The translations under genes were made by a program, and so were the position numbers. This document shows positions 9,505 to 16,832 of a stretch of 42,721 nt of DNA, in pieces. The DNA lies in assembly GCA_044371865.1 (NCBI GenBank), contig JBILST010000001.1, forward strand, positions 1 to 42,721, given 5' to 3'. The notes beneath the pieces are model-generated. The model did no database searches. It saw nothing but the letters and a program-made list of their open reading frames with translations, and was not told the origin of the DNA. The stretch comes from Flavobacterium sp. (GTDB taxonomy: Bacteria; Bacteroidota; Bacteroidia; Flavobacteriales; Flavobacteriaceae). Each line of letters starts with the position of its first letter. Positions within the stretch are counted from its first letter, which is position 1.

Positions 9505-9608
9505 TATAATGTTATTATTGAATTATTCAATTTTGCGCCTTTGTAACTATTGTAACGTATAACAAACTTTGGTATTTGTAACTTTACAACACTAAATGAT
9601 TTTAAAAC

Positions 9609-10661
9609 ATGATTCAAACGGATATATTAATTATTGGTGCAGGACCAACGGGTCTTTTTGCAGTTTTTGAAGCCGGATTATTACAATTAAAATGTCATAT
9701 TATTGATGCTTTGCCTCAACCTGGTGGACAATTGGCAGAATTATATCCAAAAAAACCAATCTTCGATATCCCAGGTTATCCTTCAGTGTTAGCTGGGGAT
9801 TTGGTGACTAATTTAATGGAACAAATCAAACAGTTTCAACCTGGATTTACATTGGCTGAAACCGCTGAAACTATTGATAAGTTAGAAGATGGAACCTTTA
9901 TTGTTACTACAAATAAAGGCACAAAGCATCATGCAAAAGCGGTTGCAATTGCAGGAGGTTTAGGTACTTTTGAACCTAGAAAACCTGCCCTTGAAAATAT
10001 TGCTTTTTATGAAGAAAAAGGGGTTGAGTACTTTGTAAAAGACCCGGAATTATTTCGAGATAAAGAAATAGTAATAGCTGGTGGAGGTGATTCTGCGTTA
10101 GATTGGAGTATATTCCTTTCGAATGTTGCAAAAAAAGTAACACTAGTTCATAGAAGAAACGAGTTCAGAGGAGCATTAGACTCTGTTGAAAAAGTACAAG
10201 AATTAAAAAAAGAAGGTAAAATTAATTTAATTACTCCTGCAGAAGTTATCGGAATTCAAGGTGAAAATCATGTTGAGAGTATCACGTTAGATAGAGATGG
10301 TGTTGTAGAACAATTTAAAACGGATTATTTTATACCACTTTTTGGATTAACACCTAAGTTAGGTGCCATTGCCAACTGGGGATTAGAAATAGAAAAAAAT
10401 GCCATCAAAGTAAATAACGCTTTAGATTATCAAACTAATATTGATGGTATTTATGCCATTGGTGATGTTAATATATATCCAGGAAAATTAAAGTTGATTT
10501 TGTGTGGATTCCACGAGGCTACTTTAATGTGTCAAAGTGTGTACAACAGAATTAATCCAGGAAAACGTTATGTGTTGAAATATACCACCGTTTCTGGGGT
10601 AGATGGTTTTGATGGAACCAGAAAAGAAGCAGAAAAAGCCGTTGTAAAATCGATTGATTAA
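9609..10661 (+). CDS. Ferredoxin--NADP+ reductase, thioredoxin-reductase-like (YumC type)
   Basis: GAGPTG FAD motif, GGQL..LYP.K.I.DIPG, GGGDSALDW, AIGD; no CxxC; next to a 2Fe-2S ferredoxin. Confidence 0.9.
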   Translation: MIQTDILIIGAGPTGLFAVFEAGLLQLKCHIIDALPQPGGQLAELYPKKPIFDIPGYPSVLAGDLVTNLMEQIKQFQPGFTLAETAETIDKLEDGTFIVTTNKGTKHHAKAVAIAGGLGTFEPRKPALENIAFYEEKGVEYFVKDPELFRDKEIVIAGGGDSALDWSIFLSNVAKKVTLVHRRNEFRGALDSVEKVQELKKEGKINLITPAEVIGIQGENHVESITLDRDGVVEQFKTDYFIPLFGLTPKLGAIANWGLEIEKNAIKVNNALDYQTNIDGIYAIGDVNIYPGKLKLILCGFHEATLMCQSVYNRINPGKRYVLKYTTVSGVDGFDGTRKEAEKAVVKSID

Positions 10662-10690
10662 TTTAGTAACTTTGGATAAAAGGAGTAGAT

Positions 10691-10888
10691 ATGAATCAGT
10701 ATAAAATGATACGAACAGTTGTTTCAAAGTCAAGTTTTAAAGAAGCGGATGATCATGTTACTTATTTTAAAGATAAAACACCTTTAGAGAGATTGAATCA
10801 CGCTTGTTTTATTATTTATTCAATTTTTAATTCTTCTGAAAAGAACAAAGTTAACCGAAAGCTAACTACTTCTAGAAAAAATGCCTAA
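10691..10888 (+). CDS. Small hypothetical protein, putative antitoxin partner of the nucleotidyltransferase
   Basis: 65 aa with a TPLERL motif; own -7 box TAACTTTG at 10667-10674; overlaps the next gene. Confidence 0.6.
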   Translation: MNQYKMIRTVVSKSSFKEADDHVTYFKDKTPLERLNHACFIIYSIFNSSEKNKVNRKLTTSRKNA

Positions 10889-11339
10889 CTTATTTAATTA
10901 CGATTTTCTCGAATTTTTAGAGCTTCTTGGTAAACATGAGGTTGAGTATCTATTAGTTGGAGGTTATGCTGTTATTTTAAATGGTTATGTTAGAAGTACG
11001 GGTGATTTAGATTTATGGGTTAATAAATCTAAAGAGAATTATACTAAATTGGTAAAAGTATATAGTGACTTTGGAGCTCCAATATTTCCTTTTGAAGAGT
11101 TTGATAATGATAAATTTGATGTTTGGAGCATTGGTGTTGAACCAACAAAAATTGAAGTACTAACTCATGTTGATGGTTTGAATTTTTATGATAGTTCAAA
11201 GAGCTGTAATTATTTAAAAATTCAAAACTTAAAAATTCCTTACATCAATTATGATGATTTGTTGAAGAACAAGGAAGCTTCTGGTAGATATAAAGATTTA
11301 GCAGATATTGAACAACTTAAAAAAAACAGAAAAGAATAA
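10881..11339 (+). CDS. Nucleotidyltransferase-fold protein (DUF6036/AbiEii-like)
   Basis: LVGGYAV...RSTGDLD (GG + DxD) and C-terminal K.ASGR.KD..D. Confidence 0.8.
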   Translation: MPNLFNYDFLEFLELLGKHEVEYLLVGGYAVILNGYVRSTGDLDLWVNKSKENYTKLVKVYSDFGAPIFPFEEFDNDKFDVWSIGVEPTKIEVLTHVDGLNFYDSSKSCNYLKIQNLKIPYINYDDLLKNKEASGRYKDLADIEQLKKNRKE

Positions 11340-11671
11340 TGCCACAAGACGTAACCATTTTCATAACCGATAGAAACGGAGTTAAACACGAAGTGTTAGC
11401 CCCAACCGACATGAATATGAACATCATGGAGTTAATTCGTTCCTATGAATTAGCGGAAGAAGGTACCGTTGGTGTTTGCGGAGGAATGGCTATGTGTGCT
11501 TCCTGTCAGTGTTATATTTTAAACGATGTAATCTCATTGGAACGAAATCCAGATGAAGAAGCAATGCTTTGGGAAGCTTATCACGTAAAGGATAATTCTA
11601 GATTAGGTTGTCAAATTCCAATCACAGAAGATTTAGAAGGTTTGGAAATTGAAATAGCACCAGAACAATAA
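11339..11671 (+). CDS. 2Fe-2S ferredoxin (adrenodoxin type)
   Basis: CGGMAMCASC...SRLGCQI. Confidence 0.93.
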   Translation: MPQDVTIFITDRNGVKHEVLAPTDMNMNIMELIRSYELAEEGTVGVCGGMAMCASCQCYILNDVISLERNPDEEAMLWEAYHVKDNSRLGCQIPITEDLEGLEIEIAPEQ

Positions 11672-11694
11672 AGCGAGAAGAAATTCTCGCTTTT
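11670..11694. terminator. Bidirectional intrinsic terminator
   Basis: AAAGCGAGAA-GAAA-TTCTCGCTTTT between convergent genes. Confidence 0.7.
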
Positions 11695-11698
11695 GCTT

Positions 11699-12481
11699 TT
11701 ATACTAATTCATGTTTCAATTCCACTTTCTCTTCAATAGCATTCCAAAGTCCAATTCTTTTTTCTAAAGCTAAAACAGAAATTTCTTGTACTTCATTCCA
11801 TTTTTGTTCCGAAGTTCCGCAAAGTTCCGTAATCATTTGCATTGCCATTGGTCCGTGTTCGTCAGCGTCTAATTCAATATGTCTCTCGAAATAATAAATT
11901 AGTTTTGACAAATCCGTTTCAGGGAAATTTTGCTGAAAGTTTTTTAAAATCTCGGTAAACATATTCGGAATCAAATCTTCTCTTCCAAAAGTGAAAGCAG
12001 CCGCAATTTCATGAGGTTTTCCTTGTTCAATTACTCTAAAAGTAAAATCTAAAAACGCTTTCACATTCGGATGTAAATCACTTTGTTTTATCGATACAAA
12101 AATGTTTTTTGTTTCTTCTACATTCTTCAAAAATGAATTAATTTGAGTTGTCGAAGCACCGCATTGCGTCATCGCATCTAGATACATTTCAAAATGACTT
12201 TGACGTGTGCCATCCAATGTTAAATCAGTTTCTTCTGCTACTACTATCTCATTAATTAGATAACGAATCTCTGGATTTCCAATTGGTAACCACGGAGTAG
12301 TAGTACAAGTCAATTTGTTTTGCAAGGCTTTTAATAACGACATAAAATCCCAAACTGCATAAATGTGGTTTTCTAAAAAACAATGTAAATCGTCAATCGT
12401 TTTTACTTTATTGTATAACGAATGATTTAATAATTGTTCTTTCTGATTTTGAATCGATTGGTTTATGGTTTGAATGTTCAT
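11699..12481 (-). CDS. DUF3050 family, heme-oxygenase-like fold protein
   Basis: HIYAVWDFMSLLKALQ, INEIV..EE.D, SHFEMY, YFERHIELDADEHG; ATG 12481 lies downstream of the -7 box at 12544-12551. Confidence 0.85.
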   Translation of the reverse strand: MNIQTINQSIQNQKEQLLNHSLYNKVKTIDDLHCFLENHIYAVWDFMSLLKALQNKLTCTTTPWLPIGNPEIRYLINEIVVAEETDLTLDGTRQSHFEMYLDAMTQCGASTTQINSFLKNVEETKNIFVSIKQSDLHPNVKAFLDFTFRVIEQGKPHEIAAAFTFGREDLIPNMFTEILKNFQQNFPETDLSKLIYYFERHIELDADEHGPMAMQMITELCGTSEQKWNEVQEISVLALEKRIGLWNAIEEKVELKHELV

Positions 12482-12551
12482 AAGGCATTTTTTATTATCA
12501 TATACGAAATTTCGACCTCTTTTGGTTTCGAATCTGTACACTACAAATGTA

Positions 12552-12581
12552 AAAATGCTTCCCTAAAAAGAGAAGCATTTT
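12552..12581 (-). terminator. Intrinsic terminator after acyl-CoA dehydrogenase
   Basis: AAAATGCTTC...GAAGCATTTT. Confidence 0.6.
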
Positions 12582-12605
12582 GTATCAATTTTATCTATTG
12601 TTTAA

Positions 12606-13784
12606 TTACTTAAACGCAGGGAAACCAGTTACATCCATACCTGTAATTAACAAGTGAATGTCGTGAGTTCCTTCATAAGTAACTACAGATTCTAAATTCA
12701 TCATGTGTCTCATGATAGAATATTCACCTGTAATTCCCATTCCGCCTAACATTTGACGTGCATCACGAGCAATCGTTAACGCCATGTCAACATTGTTTCT
12801 TTTTGCCATCGAAATTTGAGCGGTAGTAGCTTTTCCTTCGTTTCTTAAAACACCCAATCTCCAAGTTAATAATTGCGCTTTAGTGATTTCAGTAATCATT
12901 TCAGCTAATTTCTTTTGTTGTAATTGAGTAGCTCCAATTGGTTTGTCAAACTGAATACGCTCTTTTGAATATCTCAAAGCTGTATCATAACAATCCATTG
13001 CAGCTCCAATCGCTCCCCAAGCAATACCATAACGTGCTGAATCTAAACAACCTAGAGGTGCTCCTAATCCAGATTTGTTTGGTAATAAGTTTTCTTTTGG
13101 AACTTTTACGTTGTCAAAAATAAGTTCTCCAGTTGCTGAAGCTCTTAACGACCATTTATTGTGAGTTTCAGGAGTTGAAAAACCTTCCATTCCTCTTTCC
13201 ACGATTAATCCGTGAATTCTTCCTTCTTCGTTTTTAGCCCAAACTACTGCAATGTCAGCAAAAGGAGCATTTGAAATCCACATTTTAGCGCCATTTAAAA
13301 GATAATGATCACCCATATCTTTAAAATTAGTCACCATTCCTGCTGGATTTGAACCGTAATCTGGCTCTGTTAAACCAAAACAACCAATGAATTCTCCAGT
13401 GGCTAATTTTGGTAAATATTTCATTCTTTGTTCTTCGTTTCCGTATTTCCAAATTGGATACATTACTAAAGAAGATTGAACAGAAGAAGTTGAACGTACA
13501 CCCGAATCTCCTCTTTCAATTTCTTGCATGATTAATCCATAAGAAATTTGATCTAATCCAGCACCACCATATTCTACAGGAATATACGGACCAAATCCAC
13601 CAATTTCCCCTAAACCTTTTACGATTTGATGTGGAAATTCTGCTTTTTGTGCGTATTCTTCAATAATTGGAGATACTTCTTTTTTTACCCAAGCACGTGC
13701 AGCATCACGCACCATTTTATGTTCGTCAGATAATAATTCGTCTAATAAATAATAATCTGGAGATTGAAATAAGTCTGGTCTCAT
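12606..13784 (-). CDS. Acyl-CoA dehydrogenase (glutaryl-CoA dehydrogenase-like)
   Basis: CFGLTEPDYGS, KMWISN, QMLGGMG, TYEGTHDIH; ATG 13784 preferred. Confidence 0.92.
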   Translation of the reverse strand: MRPDLFQSPDYYLLDELLSDEHKMVRDAARAWVKKEVSPIIEEYAQKAEFPHQIVKGLGEIGGFGPYIPVEYGGAGLDQISYGLIMQEIERGDSGVRSTSSVQSSLVMYPIWKYGNEEQRMKYLPKLATGEFIGCFGLTEPDYGSNPAGMVTNFKDMGDHYLLNGAKMWISNAPFADIAVVWAKNEEGRIHGLIVERGMEGFSTPETHNKWSLRASATGELIFDNVKVPKENLLPNKSGLGAPLGCLDSARYGIAWGAIGAAMDCYDTALRYSKERIQFDKPIGATQLQQKKLAEMITEITKAQLLTWRLGVLRNEGKATTAQISMAKRNNVDMALTIARDARQMLGGMGITGEYSIMRHMMNLESVVTYEGTHDIHLLITGMDVTGFPAFK

Positions 13785-13869
13785 AGTTTTTGATTTGAAA
13801 GTCACAAAAGTAAGTAAAGATTTTTAACAAATCAATGAACAAGTGTTATAATTTTATAAGAAGCATTTT

Positions 13870-13980
13870 CCAGCTGTCCGCTATATCTTTTTGTTTTATC
13901 GAATTCTAAAAACATTTCGTTATTTTGTTTTAAAAGAAGTGTAAGAAAAAACAAAAAGGATGCCGCTACCATCTGGGCTA
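13870..13980. repeat. Structured intergenic element (REP/MITE-like or ncRNA)
   Basis: Inner IR ATCTTTTTGTTTT / AAAACAAAAAGGAT, two CCGCTA copies (13878, 13963), outer CCAG/CTGG. Confidence 0.55.
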
Positions 13981-13983
13981 GGG

Positions 13984-14691
13984 TTACATCTTCAAGTAGA
14001 ACTCTTTCGTCAATTCGATGTATTCAGGAGTGTAATTATGTCTTGAAATTTCAATGATTAATTCATCGATTAAAGGAGTTTGTTCTATTCTACAAAAAGC
14101 TAATAAACTTCTTTTAATTTCTGATGTTGGAGTGCCTTTTACACGAGTAATTTTTAATGGAAATAAATCCAATTCCTTACACATAGAAACAAATCGTTCT
14201 TCTTCTTTAAAAGGAATAATTACCGAGAAAATTCCGTTATCCGAAAGTAATAACGCAGCCGCTTCAATTAATTCTTCAAAAGGTAAAGCGTCTTCAAAAC
14301 GTGCTAAATCTCTTGAAGTAGTAGGAGATTTAAAATCATCCGTATAAAAAGGCGGATTGGAAATAATTAAATCGTATTCGTCTTCAGGTTCGTCAACAAA
14401 TTCATCCAATCCTGCATGAAAACAAAATAATTTATCGCCCCAAGGAGAAGCTTCAAAATTTTCGACGCATTGTTCGTAGGCATCTTCGTCAATTTCAATC
14501 GCGTCGATTTGTTCAGCGTTGCTTCTTTGGGCTAACATCAAGGATAAAATCCCAGTTCCAGCACCAATATCTAAAACGTTGAACGGATTGTTGATTAACG
14601 GAGTCCAAGCACCAAGCAAAACACCATCCGTGCCAATTTTCATAGCACAACGATCTTGATTAACTTGAAATTGTTTGAATGTAAAAGTCAT
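13984..14691 (-). CDS. tRNA1(Val) adenine(37)-N6 methyltransferase (YfiC/TrmN6 family)
   Basis: FTFKQF, MKIGTDGVLLGAW, LDIGAGTG, SNPPF. Confidence 0.92.
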   Translation of the reverse strand: MTFTFKQFQVNQDRCAMKIGTDGVLLGAWTPLINNPFNVLDIGAGTGILSLMLAQRSNAEQIDAIEIDEDAYEQCVENFEASPWGDKLFCFHAGLDEFVDEPEDEYDLIISNPPFYTDDFKSPTTSRDLARFEDALPFEELIEAAALLLSDNGIFSVIIPFKEEERFVSMCKELDLFPLKITRVKGTPTSEIKRSLLAFCRIEQTPLIDELIIEISRHNYTPEYIELTKEFYLKM

Positions 14692-14696
14692 TGGAA

Positions 14697-15224
14697 TTAT
14701 CCAAGATAAAGGTCAACCAAACCTTCAGGAGTTTCTAAAGTAATGGTTTTGTTTGCTCTGTCAAGTGCAATGATGAAATCATCAATAAGCGGAATTAAAA
14801 TTTCAGTTCCGTTTTTATCAATTTCAAAAAGAGGTTGAGCGCCACTATCGTTAATAGCAGTAATTTTTCCAATGTTTCCTCTCATTAGGTCAATAACATC
14901 AAATCCAATTACTTCGTGGTAATAAAACTGAGTGCCTTCTAGTTTTGGTAACATAGAAAGTGGAAGATAAATTTCGCTTCCCATGATTTCGTCTGCTTCT
15001 TCTTCGGTTTGAATGTCTTCAAATCGAACACGTAAAAATTTTTCTTTGTGAAGCGAACTACTTTCAATAAAAAATGGAACCAGACTTTTGTTGATTTCAA
15101 CAAAAACTGATTCCAAATTTTGATACAATTCGGGTTCGTCGGTGTCTAAATACGCCAATACTTCCCCTTTGAAACTAAATTTTTTCGCGATTTTACCTAA
15201 ATAGAAACAATCTTCTTTACGCAT
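14697..15224 (-). CDS. rimM: Ribosome maturation factor RimM
   Basis: LGKI.K....GEV, FYYHEVIGF, EILIP, PEGL; directly downstream of rpsP. Confidence 0.95.
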   Translation of the reverse strand: MRKEDCFYLGKIAKKFSFKGEVLAYLDTDEPELYQNLESVFVEINKSLVPFFIESSSLHKEKFLRVRFEDIQTEEEADEIMGSEIYLPLSMLPKLEGTQFYYHEVIGFDVIDLMRGNIGKITAINDSGAQPLFEIDKNGTEILIPLIDDFIIALDRANKTITLETPEGLVDLYLG

Positions 15225-15239
15225 GGAACCGCTATAAAA

Positions 15240-15806
15240 TTATGCTTGAGTTTCTTCGTTGTTTTCTTCAACAGCTGGAGTTTCTTCAGCAGCAGCTTCT
15301 ACTACTTCTTCAGTTACTTCTGCTGCAGCTTCTTCAGCTACTTCTTCTACTTTCGCAGCTTCAGCTTGAGCAGCAATACGTTTTGCGTTTGCTTCTTGTT
15401 CAGCTTTGAATGCTTTTGCTTTTGCATCAGCCTCTGCTTTAGATAAACCAGATTTTTTTGCATCAACTTTACCAGCTTTTTCTTCTAACCAAGTTGCTAA
15501 TTTAGCATCAGCTTGTTCTTGAGTTAAAGCACCTTTACGAACTCCTCCATCTAAGTGGTGTTTTAATAAAGCACCTGTGTAAGATAAAATTGCTCTTGCA
15601 GTGTCAGTTGGCTGAGCACCATTGAATAACCATGTAGCTGCTTTTTCGATGTTTAAATCGATAGTTGCAGGGTTAGTGTTTGGATTGTAAGTTCCGATTT
15701 TCTCTAAGAATTTACCATCTCTTTTTGATCTTGCATCTGCTGCAACAACCCAATAAAAAGGCTTCCCTTTTTTTCCGTGTCTTTGTAATCTAATTTTTAC
15801 TGACAT
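15240..15806 (-). CDS. rpsP: 30S ribosomal protein S16 with Ala/Glu-rich C-terminal extension
   Basis: VKIRLQRHGKKGKPFY, RDGKFLEKIGTYNP, GAQPTDT; -7 box at 15854-15861 on the minus strand. Confidence 0.97.
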   Translation of the reverse strand: MSVKIRLQRHGKKGKPFYWVVAADARSKRDGKFLEKIGTYNPNTNPATIDLNIEKAATWLFNGAQPTDTARAILSYTGALLKHHLDGGVRKGALTQEQADAKLATWLEEKAGKVDAKKSGLSKAEADAKAKAFKAEQEANAKRIAAQAEAAKVEEVAEEAAAEVTEEVVEAAAEETPAVEENNEETQA

Positions 15807-15982
15807 AATCTTGTGATTAATTTGAGGTTCTCGACCTCGGTTATTTAAGGGTGCAAATATATAAAACTTTGCAATACAAATGTATAAGTTGTAGTAAAAT
15901 ATTTTTTCTTGTAAAATGTGTTTGTTTTCAATAAAAAAGTTATTTTTGTTTCCTTATATTAATTTATTTAGGAAAAATAAAA

Positions 15983-16675
15983 ATGAAAAAAATATTTTCT
16001 TTATTACTAGTTACAATTTTATTTGCTTCTTGCCAACAAGATATACAAACAAATACACCTTCTTTTCAAGCTAAGCAAAATGATGTTTATTGGAGAGCAA
16101 ATGACGCTAGAGTTTCTGTTGATGCAGATGGAAAAATGACCATTACAGCATACAGTCAATACGAAACGGTTACTTTAGAAACTTCAAGTACAGATCCTGG
16201 AGTTTATGTTTTAGGTACAACAAATCAGAATAATTTTGCTACTTATTCTAATGATGTTAATAATTTCTCAGATTTTTATGATACTGGATTGTATACTGGT
16301 CCTGCTTATAAAGTGTCTCCAATGATAACTAGAGGAACAGCATATCAAGCGAATGCAACCGGTGCTCAAACTACAGGAGGTTCAGGTTCAGGATTAAGAG
16401 TGGCTACGCAAACTACTAACGGAACGGTGACATCTATTACAGTTGTTGCTAGAGGTCTTGGGTATGCACCTGGTGATGTTATAACTATAGTAGGAGGAAA
16501 TAATAATGCTACTTTTAGAGTAGTAAACATTCAACAAAGTAATGGTGAAATTGAAATTGAGGAAGTTTCAAATGGTTTGTTTACTGGAACTTTTAAATTG
16601 AATGCGGTTAACAGTGAAGGTGAGGTTGTTACTTTTTCAGAAGGACATTTTTACAAAGTGCCACTAGGTCAATAA
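15983..16675 (+). CDS. Lipoprotein (DUF6252-like) with an inserted Gly/Thr-rich beta domain
   Basis: Lipobox FASC; C-terminal GEI.I....GLFTGTFK...V.FSEG.F. Confidence 0.65.
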   Translation: MKKIFSLLLVTILFASCQQDIQTNTPSFQAKQNDVYWRANDARVSVDADGKMTITAYSQYETVTLETSSTDPGVYVLGTTNQNNFATYSNDVNNFSDFYDTGLYTGPAYKVSPMITRGTAYQANATGAQTTGGSGSGLRVATQTTNGTVTSITVVARGLGYAPGDVITIVGGNNNATFRVVNIQQSNGEIEIEEVSNGLFTGTFKLNAVNSEGEVVTFSEGHFYKVPLGQ

Positions 16676-16695
16676 TTAGCTTTTTAAAATATATC

Positions 16696-16727
16696 AAAAC
16701 CATCTGGAGTAATTCAGGTGGTTTTTT
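16696..16727 (+). terminator. Intrinsic terminator
   Basis: AAAACCATCTGGA-GTAA-TTCAGGTGGTTTTTT. Confidence 0.7.
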
Positions 16728-16832
16728 GTTTTTGTTGATAACTTAAATTGGCATTCATTAACTTAAAATGTATTTTTGTTTTTATTCAAAATCTGCTTTT
16801 TCCTTTTTGTGTTTAGCTTAATTATCAGATAG

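Noticed and set aside
13836-13847. Third CRP/FNR box at the matching distance from the acyl-CoA dehydrogenase promoter
   Set aside because: Only one half-site (TGA) is present and there is no palindrome
15240-15480. Repetitive Ala/Glu-rich tail of S16
   Set aside because: Long low-complexity S16 extensions are usual in Bacteroidota
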